DNA of 63,581 nucleotides, counting the filler, from Octopus bimaculoides (taxonomy: Eukaryota): NCBI RefSeq assembly GCF_001194135.2. It is 6 parts of 3 records of this genome, joined end to end, with 100 filler letters (N's around TTAATTAATTAA, not from the genome) between each part and the next. Parts side by side here need not be neighbours in the genome. Positions count along the whole stretch, not along the records: positions 1 to 29,165 come from NC_068992.1; 5 more parts are not named here. One strand, given 5' to 3'. How positions within the stretch are numbered: the first letter of the stretch is position 1; every line of letters starts with the position of its first letter. Below the pieces are notes generated by a model. The model was not told the DNA's origin. It made no database searches and worked only from the letters and a program-made list of their open reading frames with translations. Positions 11,601-25,322 of this stretch are shown here, piece after piece. A program made the position numbers and the translations under genes.

Positions 11601-14600
11601 TCTTAAGATCACTTGAACACCAATGATCGAGATTTCATACATCATTTATTACAAAGTCTTAAATTTTAAACACACGTTTTAAACTATAAATGAGATAAAA
11701 TGCATTTATCTTAGTCTGACACCAAATTGGGGGCGAAAGCTTGATTTTACAAACGAAATAATGCTAGAAAGATAACCAGGCATTGTCTTTTCAATAAATG
11801 TAACAAAACTTGCTTGCTTCAGTATGCATTATCTATTCATAGTTTAGGCACCTGAAATAGAATTAAGAAATGTGAAATAGAAATTTACTCATACAGCTGC
11901 ACACTTCCACTTACTACATTGTCCAAAATAACACAGACACAATGCAAATAATACGACAATGCCGCCATATAGAAATGCCGCCAGAAGTCTCTCTTTCTAT
12001 ATATTAACCTTATTAAAGCAATTAATTTAATTAATCAAATTTATTCATTTGTGCAAGTTTTTGCGAAAATATTTTTGTGTATTTATAAATAAAGCGTTTT
12101 GAAAATTTGCCTTTTTACATGAAAAAAAGGGGGGGATAGTTATTAAGTTTGAGCTGATCAGATAAATCGGATTCCAGATTTGAGTTCAGAACGTTGGGAA
12201 TATATTGAATTAAACTAACAAACTTTGACAGCAAAAATGACGCAGATGTGTAATAAATAGCAATTATATGTTCAGTGTGAACATTGAGATAGGCCACTGA
12301 TGAAATGTTTACACATTTGAACGAAGAATCCGGCTCCAACCTTGCAGCATCTGTGCAAATTCTGGTGTCAACGTCTGTAACCCGGAGGAGAGAAGAATCA
12401 TTCCATAAAGGAGCCTGGCCGACTGCTATCACTTTCTTTCGATCACCGTCGAGAGGTCAGGTGTTCCGAAAATTCGAACTACTGATTTCCTCAGCGAAAT
12501 AGGGATAATGGCGGCTTGTCGGTGAGATGAGTCACGCGACATGGAGTGACTGCTATAATGAGTGTCCTTGGTCATTCCCCACGCAACGCCATCGCGGTCA
12601 TTACCACGGGGTAGGGTTGAGTAACCCACTTGTTCTGAGATGCAAGGGCAGTGGCCCCTTCCACTATATCACCCCTGCTTACTTCTCCACCACGCACCTT
12701 TATTCCATTTTCTTTAATGTTTTCCTCTTTTTCTTCATTTCCAATTCCTGTTTCTTTGAAATTAAATGTTCTAATAAAATGAAATAAAGAAAACAAAGAA
12801 TTCAAAGTGATCTGCAAATGACAGTGCTGCAAATAAATTTCTTGTATATATCTTACATATTCTTTGTTGTAGGTGTTCATGTTGTTGCTTATATGTAACC
12901 CCGCTTTCAACTCATACAACAGACCTATAAGGTAAAGTTTTCCAACCGTCGCTTCATCATGAATTGCTTTGTTAACGTTCCCGTAAGTACCAAAGTTTAT
13001 AAAAATAATTCCTGGAGACCATTTGCTTGACTAAGGCCCTTCAAAGCACTGGCCCTGCATGGCCACAGTTCACTAGCCGAAACAATCGTAAGACAAAATT
13101 TATACTGACTTGTAACGACGAGAATGGCAGTTGATTTATATATCAGTCTAGAAATCTAATCAAGGTGTAGAGTGGCATAATCCGAATGAACAGAAACAGT
13201 AATCCGGAGGTACAAGAATTTCAGGAATTAGGTACTCCAAAGTCAGTCAGAAGGCCAGAGTCCGTATGAGCGTGCGGTATATAGTCAATCCAAACAAGAA
13301 CAAGCGAGAAAAAGCAACAACGAGAAGACGTGATACAAGTACTGTGATATTGGACGCTCAGGAAAGGAAAGAAAAGAAAGAGGATTTCACGTTCCGAGCG
13401 GAGCTCTTCATCAGAAATGTAGAAAAAGTCCAAAGAAGGGAAAACGGAGAAAGAAAATCGCCAACGATACACATGCGGTCACATATTGAAATCGATATCT
13501 AGAAATCAATCCCAATTTTATCAGTTCTTTTATATAGTTCCTGAATATACGGACATGGCAATGGTTTGTAACGAAGTGCTTGTGATTGTTTTTGGAAGCC
13601 TCTGCATGATTACTAGAAATACCAGCCAAATCCTTTACAAATCATACATTGCCATCTATAAAACCACAGTACCTTGTTAGATATCGTCGTCTAAAATGAG
13701 TTATTTCTGGAATGAGTGGATTGCCATGGCTACAACGCTTCTCATTATAGATTTGCTCATTTAGGAGTGTATTTGAGGTCAATGGTAAAACCGATAACAA
13801 AAGCGAAGAACGAAACCTGTTGATTTCATATTTATCAACACAACAGTAAACATTAACACTTCTCGACAAAATATGAAAACTGGTTTGTACGTATTTTATC
13901 ATGTTCAAGATATATGTAACTCGTGTTCAGATATTTAATAAAGCCTTTTTATATATTTAAAAATAGGTTGGAAACTACATCCTCAAAAGCCGTGAGAAAA
14001 TGGGAACAAGTTTATCAAAAAGAAGGATGTGACTTGACATATTTTTGTTCTGTATCAAAAGACTTATCAAATCTAATATCCTGTTCTTTTAATCTATTAT
14101 TTTCACATTGCTTTTTGCCACAAACAGTTGCCATGCCGGAGCACTAGTTTGTAAGGGTGTCACTTGCCTACTCAAACCCAAGTACCTATTTTAATTTCTT
14201 AATTTGTAATACTCTGCTTATCGAACAACCAAATGCACGACACCACGTGAAGCATCGTTTTACACTAGAATATTCATGGATCTCGAGCATGGGTCTCGAA
14301 CATACATATATATGTATATTTGAACGAAAGATGTACATAATCGGAACAAACACTGCTCGGACGCCTTTTATCAATCAACTGGCCAATATTGACACCGACA
14401 GTGACTACAGCAACAGAAAGAACAGCATATTAATCTCTTAGTTTTATAATAGAAAAGTCATGATGGTTTTCGTCTTCCACTGAAAACAGAAATAAGTGAA
14501 AACACTGTGAAATCTAAATCTAACTAAACAGCAATATGGAGAGTGGGTGCGACGCGTATGCGACTGGCTCTATGCGCATGTGTATGTGCGTGAGTAATGG

Positions 14601-15377
14601 AGTGAGTGTGTAAGTGTGTGTGCGTGCGCGTGCGTTATTTCACGTATGAATTTTCACTTGTCTAAATCAAGGCAGTTAAAACAAGTATCAACGATTCGCA
14701 AAACGATAGATCCTATAGCTGATAGCGGTTTCCGATGCTTAAAACAACGAAAAGTCCACAAATTATCTTCGATCTGAAATCAGCAGGAATTTCAGATACA
14801 ATTGATATTTAAAGTTATGTAGGTAACATTCCACATACTTCGATTTTTTTTTGTCTCTTNNNNNNNNNNTGTCTCTTTTTCTTTTCTTTTTTTCTTTTTT
14901 CTTCATCTAATTACAACTTACTTCACTGATTTTTGCAAACCTTTGCACCGAACAAATCAATGTCATGAGAATTACTATACGCAGATGTAGAGTTTCTATG
15001 TGTTCATTTTTAATGTATTCAAAATTCTTTAACGAATATCTTCATGGAGTTCAGAAGTGGTAAATGGCTAAGAGAAGATAGATTGAATTGCAACGAAAAG
15101 ATTATAGAACGATTCCCTTGAGTAAGAGACTTTGCGTGTGGAAGAAATATAAAAATTACTTCTTTACGCGTACGATGATAACATCCGTGTCAGTACTTAT
15201 TTTATCGATCACTGCGCATGTGTATGTATATATGCGTTGATACATACACATACAAACACACACGTTCACACAAACCAACACACGCACTCAGGAACGCAGA
15301 CACACACATACATACATATACATATACATATATATATATATATAGATATAGATATATATATATTGGTGTTAGGGGCA

Positions 15378-15573
15378 GGGTCATTAGCGCGCCGGGCAAA
15401 ATCGTTAGCGCCCATTTTATCCGTTTTTACGTTCTCAGTTCAAATTCCACCGTACTCAGTTTTGCTTTTCATCCTTCCGTGCTGGATAAAATAAGTACCA
15501 TTAGACTATTGGCATCTATATAATCATCTTATCCGTCCCCCAAAATTTCTGGCCTTGTGCCAAAATTTGAAAT
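15378..15573 (+). mobile_element. SINE family B copy
   Basis: ttagcgcgccgggcaaaat..ttacgttctcagttcaaattcc..ttttcatccttcc..gataaaataagtacca..ctggccttgtgccaaaatttgaaa. Confidence 0.75.
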
Positions 15574-15824
15574 CTATACGATAAATTAATGCTCGTCTTT
15601 ATGTCAATTTATATAAACATAAGTGTATTAAAGTTAAAGCGGAAGGATTATTACACAATACTTGTCAGAAGACAAAATATTTCTCAAGGTTTTGCATAAA
15701 GAACGGTAACANNNNNNNNNNNNNNNNNNNNNNNNNNNNNNNNNNNNNNNNNNNNNNNNNNNNNNNNNNNNNNNNNNNNNNNNNNNNNNNNNNNNNNNNN
15801 NNNNNNNNNNNNNNNNNNNNNNNN

Positions 15825-15860
<36 letters not shown>

Positions 15861-17000
15861 ATGTGACTGCGCACAGTTTCTTTGTATCAAGTTATACTTA
15901 CAAGGCGTTGAGCAAGCCGGTGCCAATGTAGAGGATACAACGCACACAGGGTTCTGAGAATTGGAATGAAAAATGTAATTAAGTTATTGTGCCGAGAACT
16001 CCATAATCTTTTTATTCAATGACTGTCCATTCATGACATCTTGACTCCATGGCGACAAGTTTTTAACATCCGATTAGACTTACATGGAATAAAACATCTG
16101 AAGGCGGATATTTCATAAAGGTTTTCAAACACATACACAAGAAAACTTTCATGCAAATATGCTAATACACATTGCTGCACAAACACACACACACACACAC
16201 ACACACACATAAAAGTGTTTTCATATATGCAAGAGTAACATGAAATTCGTGAGGTTGTACGACATTGGCAGCCATTGCTGTCGGTGAACACAAACGTAGG
16301 CCTCATGATGAAGAAAAATTCGTTCTACTGAAAAATAACTGTATGTGTAATGATACCTGTACCTGTGTGTAGATGTTTATGCCTACATGTATTTATGTAT
16401 GACCATATGCATAAGGAAAGTTATTTTACAAACTGCAGGATATGGAATATATATTTTTTCCTTGAAGAACGCTACGTGTAATCTATGCACGCAACATCTC
16501 CACGCTGCTGATATTTCCCAATAGAATAGGAAGCCCGATACAAATTGGTACCAGTGCGGTCAAAAGGGTTTCTATGAAAATCAAAATGACTGTAACAGAC
16601 AACCAAAGGCATCCGACGCCCCGCCTTCTAATTTTGTTAGTTCGCCTTATAAATATATACACTCATCCATGCATACATGCATGTATACATACACACGAAC
16701 ATACATATGTACATGATATATGAATTATTTTAAGCTTATTAATTTTCTTACTGTTTTGTGCTTTATAATTTTACATAATATCCTTAATATATTCCTTTGA
16801 ATAACCTGTTCAGGTGTTCCTGGCAAACGGACTTCAGCTACCCACGGCGATCCGGGCAACTAGCAGTATAAATGCTATCTTAGAATCCCGAAACCGTATC
16901 AGTGGGTGAGAAGTGTGGGCTAGGTCGGTTATTAAATGCCTGGAGAGATGGTTAAAGGCTGTGGTAACGAGATGGACGTTCTATGAGTAGTAGAGAGAGT

Positions 17001-17005
<5 letters not shown>

Positions 17006-17045
<40 letters not shown>
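17006..17045. repeat. (GA)n microsatellite
   Basis: Direct reading. Confidence 0.9.
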
Positions 17046-17048
<3 letters not shown>

Positions 17049-17511
17049 GTACATTAAGAGGCTAAAGGGACATTTTTATCTCTTTATATATATGTTATCG
17101 GTGTATAATATTAAGCAGGAAGCACTCATTCTACAAGGAATCCTATAGAATTGTAATGCGTTATTAATACAGCACAAATCTGATGATAATATTCTATAAT
17201 AACTGTAATTTATGCCGATTAAGACCAGATATTTTCCGAATATTTCAAACGTGGTGTAATTACCTTCTGGTTGATTCGGATATTCTTTAAATGCAAAGAA
17301 ATAAAAATGAGATCATGAGTTAATCCGAGTTAATTCTGCGACAATGCAGTAATTGATATCCAACTAATTAATAAATAACCAGGTGAGACACGAGCAAGTA
17401 AAAAGAAAAAGGATAAAATTACAAAAACGGACATTTAATTATAATAAATGTAATTCACGTGTTGAAATAATGAAAGAAGGACATAGCGATATTTGATGAG
17501 TAGAAAGGGGC

Positions 17512-17692
17512 GAACTGGCAGAAACGGAGTACTTCGTTTGTCTTTACGTTCTGAGTTCAAATTCCACTGAGGTCAGCTTTGCATTTCATCCTTTCGGAGT
17601 CGATAAATTAGGTACCAGTTGCGTACTGTGGTCGATCTAATCAACTGGCCCCGTTCCCAAAAATTTCGGGTCTTTGCCCAGAGTAGAAAAGG
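17512..17692 (+). mobile_element. SINE family B copy (internally deleted)
   Basis: ctggcagaa..gtctttacgttctgagttcaaattccactgaggtcagctttgc..catcctttcggagtcgataaa..gtaccagttgcgtactg. Confidence 0.75.
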
Positions 17693-19205
17693 ATATTTGA
17701 TGAGTAATCTTTCGTTTAGGCGGGAGAAGAAAAATAAAACGACAGTCATGAATGTATTTTTAAGTTTAAAAAGAGATCTAGAAATCGTAATATTGCTAGA
17801 ATTGTCGATCTAGAAATCGTAGAGAGAGAAAGAGAGAGAGAGAGACAGAGAGACAGAGAGACAGACAGAAATATTGGGTTATATACAATTATTTCTTACT
17901 GGCCTACCTGTATCAGGTATGCGATTTATTGTGTTCATGGTTCAATTTTATCATTCAATCGATTGCTCATCTGCAAATATAGTGAACCCCCACCCCACTT
18001 TAAGGTGCCTTGTTTAGAGCCGAAACACACCAACTAGTAAAGGAAAAGCAAAGAAAAAAGGAAATTTGGTCAATGTAGCCTTATTATAGCACTAGGTAAT
18101 GTATTTTAAGCCATCATCCTTAATCCAGTGTTAATCGTACGGCCGGTGGCATCCAGTCATCTGATCTGTTCCTACGGCTTTATCGTTAGTGGCAGACTTT
18201 TGGCGATTACTACTGTATTTTGAAAAGAAATGCCAAAAGGCAGCTAGGAGACTACTAATCTGAAGTTCTAAACTGTATTTATTTGCCACGAACACATACA
18301 AGTGCATGAAGTCAAGAGAAACGTTTACAACAATAATTACGAATAATAAAGTATAACAGGGTTAGTAAGAATGAGGCAACGATTTAATCTGAAATTATAG
18401 GATTGAAGTATCTCTGTTAAGTCTGCAATAGTAAAGCTAAGATATAATTCTTAAAGAGCGAGGTAGGGTAAATGACACATGTACAAGTTGAAGAAGATAA
18501 AACCAAATTTAAACAAAAACAGGGTAAAAACAAAAATGTGAAAATATAAATGAAAATGGAAATATAATGAAAAGGGCAGAGGTAAGATAAAATGGATATC
18601 TTCTTGTCGTCGTAATAAATACAGAGAAGAGGAAAAGGAAAAGAAAACTTTTATAATTCAAGCAATTAAGCAATCTCACAATTAATATCTTATAATAATT
18701 GTGTTTGTCCTTCCGTAACGCGGGGGGGGGGCAAGAGGTGGGAGATGAGGGGATGGAGAGGTAGAAGGAGAGGGGAGGTCTAGGGAATGGCGAAGAACGA
18801 AACGAAAAGAAAAAGGAGAAATATACATATATAGCTACATATATACATATACATTTATACATATACATTTATATATATAAATTTATGTGTCCAGCTCTGA
18901 GGAAAGGCAGAGAAACCAGGCTTGTCTGCTGGTCCTGTAGCTTGAAGGTGGTAGGGGCTCGCTCTCCTGTTCGCAATATATTGGATGCAGGTTGCATCGG
19001 TAACGAGTTAGAGGAAATGTCCTCTGGAGGTTAAAAAATCGCAGAAACGTCCGTTGGAACGGTACAGCCATGTTGAAGTGGTGACAAACATTACTTGCCA
19101 GTACAGTTACTGCTTTCATCTTTTATAGTGATTTTATAACTATGTTGCTTGTTTTTTTTATGTATGTATATATACGTCTATAGATATATGATTGTATGTG
19201 TGTGC

Positions 19206-19265
<60 letters not shown>

Positions 19266-21321
19266 ATATATGTGTGTGTGTGTCTGTGTGTGTATGTATT
19301 TATGTATCTAAGTATCTATGTATGCGTATTTACATGCTCACATGTATACACACATCTGTTTGGGAATGAGTGTATGTATATGTATATGTATGTATTATTG
19401 TTTGTGCCTGTTTTATGAGGTTCTCTGCGTATGCATTCTTGATTGTAGTATTTTTACATCGTCAACATTTTAACGTTGGCATACAACTCTGAGTTATAAA
19501 ACTATATAAAACGAATTCTTGCTATATCAACCGACTCAACTCACTGCCGTGTGTATAAAAGCGTTTTTTTTTTTTGTTCTTATATTATATGCTACATTTA
19601 TCCGTGCAAACATGTTGACATGTTTTTCTAATCGATTTTGTGAACTGACAATGTATAATGTCCGATCTTTTACAGAATATATTGACAAGCTGTGTGCATG
19701 ACAAAGTACTCACTAGTGCCCTTGATCAACCATTAAAAGGCTATAATCGAACTCAAATAACGTTACCCATTCGTCTGATTAAATACCAGATCATGAGAAA
19801 TTGTGTAGCCCGATGTAGCAAAGCGTAACTAAGATCTGACAGCACAGCAAACAAATTTGCCGACATGTAAATGCATGACGCAACTGGAAACGGGTCTCTG
19901 CTTGGTCGTTCAGATTGCAAGAAACAACAGCCATTGTAACCTACAAATCAAACACGTCAGGTCTTTGCTTTCATAGTATATTAAAGGATGGTCTCCTAGA
20001 TGTAGGCGAAGACAGTTAGTATTTGATCGGGTAATAGGGGTTAAGCAACGACCATATAAACTACAGAGAAAAATATTCTAATAGACCAATAATAAACCTT
20101 AGCACCTTGATAGATTTACTTCGGACTTCAAAACTAGGAATGTTAGTCAGTAGTTCGTAGCGGGCGTCTGAGCAAATGCGTTGGAGGTAACTTCAGTTCA
20201 TATGAGAAAATGAAGATCTTTACAAGTAAGTCTAATCTAATTAACTGAACTAACAAATAACTGATCGGGTGTTCTCATCAATTCAAAGAAACACTCTTAA
20301 AAATTTCGATTAGTTACTTTAAATACAGCTGATAAGATGAGATCATCTGCATTGTCATTTTCATGGCAGTGGAATCGAATCCATTACTTGGTTGATCTTT
20401 TGCAATCAAGAGAAAATTGTACGTGATCATTCTATCTTATAGTAATAAGTGAAAAATCTCGATTAAATCACACCAGACACCTGTTTATAAAATGTAGAAA
20501 ACTGTAGAAAACTTTTAGCGAAAAATTACGGATGGTCGTGTTTGGAATGCCATTCCTCATAGAATTCATCGAAAAAAGATTGAAATAAGTAAAAGAAAAA
20601 AAGGCAATGTCAACTACGATGGGATTTGATCTCAGGATGTACAGATATCGAGGCAAGCTACTATAGCAGTATTTTGCAAAACCACTCAACCGATTCTACC
20701 AAACCAACAATCTACCGATTCACCTTTACTATGCTTGAAGTAAATCTATAATTAAATGTTTACTCTGCTGTTTCTGTTTAACTGAGAGGCATATTATTAT
20801 AACTATTCATTTTTAATGAAACTTTTCAGCATGTCAGAAGAACGTCTCAAAAGTATTGCTTCCCAAATATTTATCAAGTCTATTCTCGGGTCTTGCTTAT
20901 ATTTCTTTTTCATCGATAATCCCCACTTGATATCTGATTTCAGAAAGTTGACGTCTGTGTCAGATTGTTACATCACTTCACTTCTTAAATAACTTACTTC
21001 TTCGAATGAATTACTTCTTGTCGACGACCGATTGAATATTGAATATTTTTTTCTATTTTATGTTTGTTCAAGTTGCCGTTATCAGTATTTTATAGACGTA
21101 TACCATATATCTTTTGTCTGTGGAATAATGAAATTCGAACTATTGATATTCTATATTGCGGAGCTTCAGATATATCACTCTTCCTAATCAGTTTATTTTA
21201 TATTGACTGATCGCTTGCCTTCATTCTTCATCTAATCTTCCGCCTACTCAATACTACTACTACTACTATAATTATAATAATGATGATGATGATGACGACG
21301 ATAATAAAAAGAAGATATACA

Positions 21322-21322
21322 T

Positions 21323-21374
<52 letters not shown>

Positions 21375-21384
21375 NNNNNNNNNN

Positions 21385-21460
<76 letters not shown>

Positions 21461-21492
21461 ATACGTATGCATGTATGTATGTATGTATGTAT
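21322..21492. repeat. Compound (CA)n/(TA)n/(GT)n/(TATG)n microsatellite with a 10-N gap
   Basis: Direct reading. Confidence 0.9.
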
Positions 21493-21493
21493 A

Positions 21494-22130
21494 CAGGAGG
21501 CGTCGGTTTATTTTAGGACACTTTCAAGAACACAAAATCTCTAACATTTTATGTTTTTTAACGTTCAGATAAATGTTAGACATCATGTTGATTAAACAAC
21601 TGAAAAGGCACATTGAAATCGTTGCCTTAAAATCGGAGCATAGTGATACAGAGATATCTCACTTCCTGGAAATAGCCCGATCTTTCGTTGACAGAGTTTG
21701 AAAGGAGCTGGGAGCAGCTGACGGACATCTAACATCCAGAACTAATTGCAAAACGCATACACTGGGTCCTAATACCACCAGAAATATGGCCAAGAAATAA
21801 TCTTTGTACAAAAGTTCTAAGAAATAACTATTAGAAACCACAAAAAGCCAATCAGAGCCATTTCAAAGCACCTCAGGTTTTCGGAATACATTATTAGAAG
21901 ACTTATGTATGAGGAGATCCGATGTAAGTCTTAGGTGAAGTGGAGGGATAAGTTTATGGCGAGTGTGACAAGAGAGAATCTCTCGATCCGTGCAAAGTGC
22001 TTGCTAAACAAGTGGAAACACTAAGAGGTTGGAATTCTTTAGTTTTTCTCCGATGAGAAAAACTTCTACCAGGACAAAAGGTAAAGCAAAGGAACGACAG
22101 ATGGTTGTGCTGGGACCCAACTGATATAAC
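21494..22130 (+). mobile_element. Tc1/mariner-superfamily (maT/DD37D-like) element: 5' end and N-terminal transposase fossil
   Basis: Begins TA|CAGG. Translation gives KRHIEIVALKSEHSDTEISHFLEIARSFV..KELG, IRAISKHL..IIRR..E.IRCKS, RENLSIRAKCLLNK and FFSDEKNFYQD..RNDRWLC (first catalytic D). Truncated at a SINE head. Confidence 0.7.
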
Positions 22131-22815
22131 TTAGCAAAATTTGACGCACCGTGTATGTGTACGCGTGTGGATGTGTGAATGTGTAGGCGTAGGCATATTG
22201 TGTGGTTAAGAAGCTCACTTTAACAGCATGTCTTTCTGGATCTAAAGCAACCAGGAGGTCAGTGCATCTAACCACAAAAACATGTCTTGACACGGTCAAT
22301 ATCTATGTAAACTTGATGTCCCTTTTAAAAATTAAACAAAAAAGAATTATCTCATGTCTGACTGAACAAATCCAGGGTGAATAGCTTAACACACGGAACA
22401 ATATTCCAATACAGTTAATCGGTTTATTTCTAGTGTTATAACTCCCACCATATCAATGTCAGTATGGCATAAATTCGGAACCAAAAAGATAGAAACGGTC
22501 ATTGAATCAAGTTGTTCATAAGATAGCTTCAGGTCAGCCAGAGGCCAGTGTTTTAAGACAGTTTACTTGATATGGGTGCTATTTCTAGTAAGTTGATCGT
22601 TCATATTATGGCTTCCTCAATAATGGCTGACACCAACACTTCGTGTCGTGTTTAACGAGATCTCTATTAGCAAGTCTTCGGTCAATCACTTGGGAATTTA
22701 AAATGCACGAAGAAGCATGATGTAATGCGTGATGGATTACATTATCGTAATGGTTTCCTGTAAGATCGCTTTAAAAAAAGTTAAACTAATACTAATTGTT
22801 AATAANNNNNNNNNN

Positions 22816-22854
<39 letters not shown>

Positions 22855-25289
22855 CTGCTTCATCTAATAGTAATAATTAAATTGACGATGATTGCGGCTA
22901 CTGCAATGTTCATGTTTTAAATAAGTCTTTGATCTCTTTAAAATGTCAACTAAATTCCGATTTCTAAATAACGCTTCTATGTTTCTATCGGATTCAGTGT
23001 CGCTCTCAGAGGAGAAACTTTGCTTTTATTGACTTGTATGTTTAATTACAATGATGTGGTTGTACTTAATTGATTGATTATATGTTCACTTATCTCTCGG
23101 TTTATTCCGCATATGTTATTAATGAATGCTTCATATTATACAGAAAAAAAAACACACTTCAGTTTCTAATTACTTTTGACATGTGAAATAACTTTCTTAA
23201 AAAGGATCATTTGCTATCAACTTCAACGATAAATTACTATTGCAGTGTGCTGTATGTGTTTGGTGTGCGGCTGCAGAGAAATTATCAGTATATGTGTTTA
23301 TGTGTATGAATAGATGCTTGCAGAATCCTCTCTTTGTGTTGCAAGTGTTGTCAGTGAGAACATATTCGTAAGCTGTGTGTACGTTGTGCGCAGACAACAT
23401 TAAAACCCGTGTTTGTGCTGCAGGTTGCTGCAGCATCGTTGCGAGGTTGTTTACTTAAAATAAAGTCACGTGAGAGAGAGAGAGAGAGGTGGATCCGCCA
23501 TCTGCTTTGCTCCAGTATATTTTTTTATGTTCATTTTGTTATTATCCTTGTGATTGTTCCTTTATTTTATGTTATTTTATTTTTACTATGAGCCGTGTCA
23601 ATGAAAACAACTGGAAAGTGCCTGTGTTTAAAGAATAAGATATATGTCCAAAGAGAAAGTGAGAATGTGGAAAAGAAGTAAAGAGAGAAACAGGACAATT
23701 CACGTAGGAAGAGATAAGTTAACAGGGAAATGAAAATTTGTTAAAAAATAAATAAATGAATTAGAGTAAGATGGATTGCTGTGAAAAATTCTAATCACAC
23801 ACTTTTGCACACGAAAAGTTTTTCGCAGAAAAATACTATAGAAGCTAATGCCAAAGTCCCATAGCCATTAAACATTATCGCTCTGACGACAGGTATATTC
23901 TCCGAAACGTTGGATTTTTTAACTCTTCGCAGCCAATCAAATCACTGTACTTTAATTATATCTGCAAGCATTTATCGATTAGCATTACGTGCCATTTGTA
24001 TGCAGGAAATGGGACGAATCGAATATAAGAGGAAGAACCAGAGTAAGAGAAGGAGAGAGAGAGAAATAGACAGGAAAGGAAGGGATAAAGAAAAAGAGAG
24101 TGAAAGAAGTATTTAGAAATTTTGAAAGTTGGGCATTTTGTAGATTATGTAATGTTTTATGATTACGCTGCGTGAATCAAAGAAATGAGAGATTGAAAAG
24201 TAAAATGGACTGGCGGGTATTTGACTATGCATGTGAGTGTATTACATACATACGTGCATTCTCCTAAAAGTCCTCGATTTCGATCGATACGTTTTCATAA
24301 TTAGTGACCTCGATATCAGAATTATCAACACTAAGAGATTACCCAGTGTTTCCCGAGAATGTGCACGGTGTAAAATAAAATGAAAGTGTCCCACTTCTCG
24401 AATGTGTCCATCGAGAGTTCAAGGGGAGGATGTTGTTGAGCACGTCCGAAATAGCCTAGAAAAGGCCAACAAATCTCCACTGTTCGTCGTTTTATATGAT
24501 TTCCGGACAGTCTCAAGCAATATGCATGACCAGGCTGGAAATTAGTTCATGATGGATCTTATAAACAGCTGACACTTAACACATGTCTACTACCTAGACA
24601 GGCAGGTACTAACTATTCTAACAAAACGTCTACTGCTTATATCCATAGAACCGTCAGCCACTGCCCGTTGTATCAGCATAAGAATCTCTAATCTAACTGT
24701 AGACAAAGATAGTCTTCAACAGGGCTACAATCAAAAATAAGGAGCAGATGTGAAGTGTAACTTTACTGATAAATTAGAGTATGTGGAGGACACTCACCCA
24801 CTTCTAAACTCGAGTGAGTCAGAAAGCAAAGGATAATCCGATTTAAGATTTTCCGCGTTAATATTGCAAGGTGCTTCCTTTGGCTAAAGTACGTTTCATT
24901 TCCCAAGAAACCAGATATATCATGACGTCGTTAATTCCCATAGCGTCACGATTAGCTCTTCGTTGCTTTAATAAGTTCCTGGCACTACCCGCTATGACGT
25001 AAGCATACACGCAACTCGCATAGTCTTACGCTCAAAACTGTAATTACCGATATTCATGCAGGCAGTTGCCTAGAGAGCCATCCTTATACAAACCAATGGG
25101 ACAATATACGGACAAAGCAGTTGCTAATTCGATGGGAATATTTAAGCAAGTTCGGTGGGGGGGGCGTATTTTATTGCTGTTTCTAACGAAATAAAATCAT
25201 TACCTTAAGGATTTTTCTTTGGCTCTACAACTTTATATTGGCTTATAAAGGTATATGTTTGTGCGTGTGCGTGTGCGTGTGCGTGTGCG

Positions 25290-25322
<33 letters not shown>

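Noticed and set aside
12297-12330. Hammerhead-like CTGATGA plus a 5-bp stem
   Set aside because: Followed by TGAAC rather than GAAA, with no stem III/NUH pairing; not a valid core.
13385-13415. Hammerhead-like CTGATGA-A-GAGC-tcc-GCTC-G-GAAC on the minus strand
   Set aside because: The 10.1-11.1 pair is mismatched, GAAA is replaced, and no flanking stems were found.
13266-13760. 78-aa K/R/E-rich ORF and a following SVLLYSS..RYRRLK peptide
   Set aside because: The ORF is purine-rich low-complexity sequence; the peptide is at most a very old RTE remnant, too weak to annotate.
16820-16875. Helitron-like hairpin plus CTAG
   Set aside because: The hairpin is imperfect, CTAG is not followed by T, and I found no 5' TC end.
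20161-20232. Possible first exon ending ATGAAGATCTTTACAA|gtaagt
   Set aside because: A single donor-like match with no partner exon; expected by chance in 63 kb.
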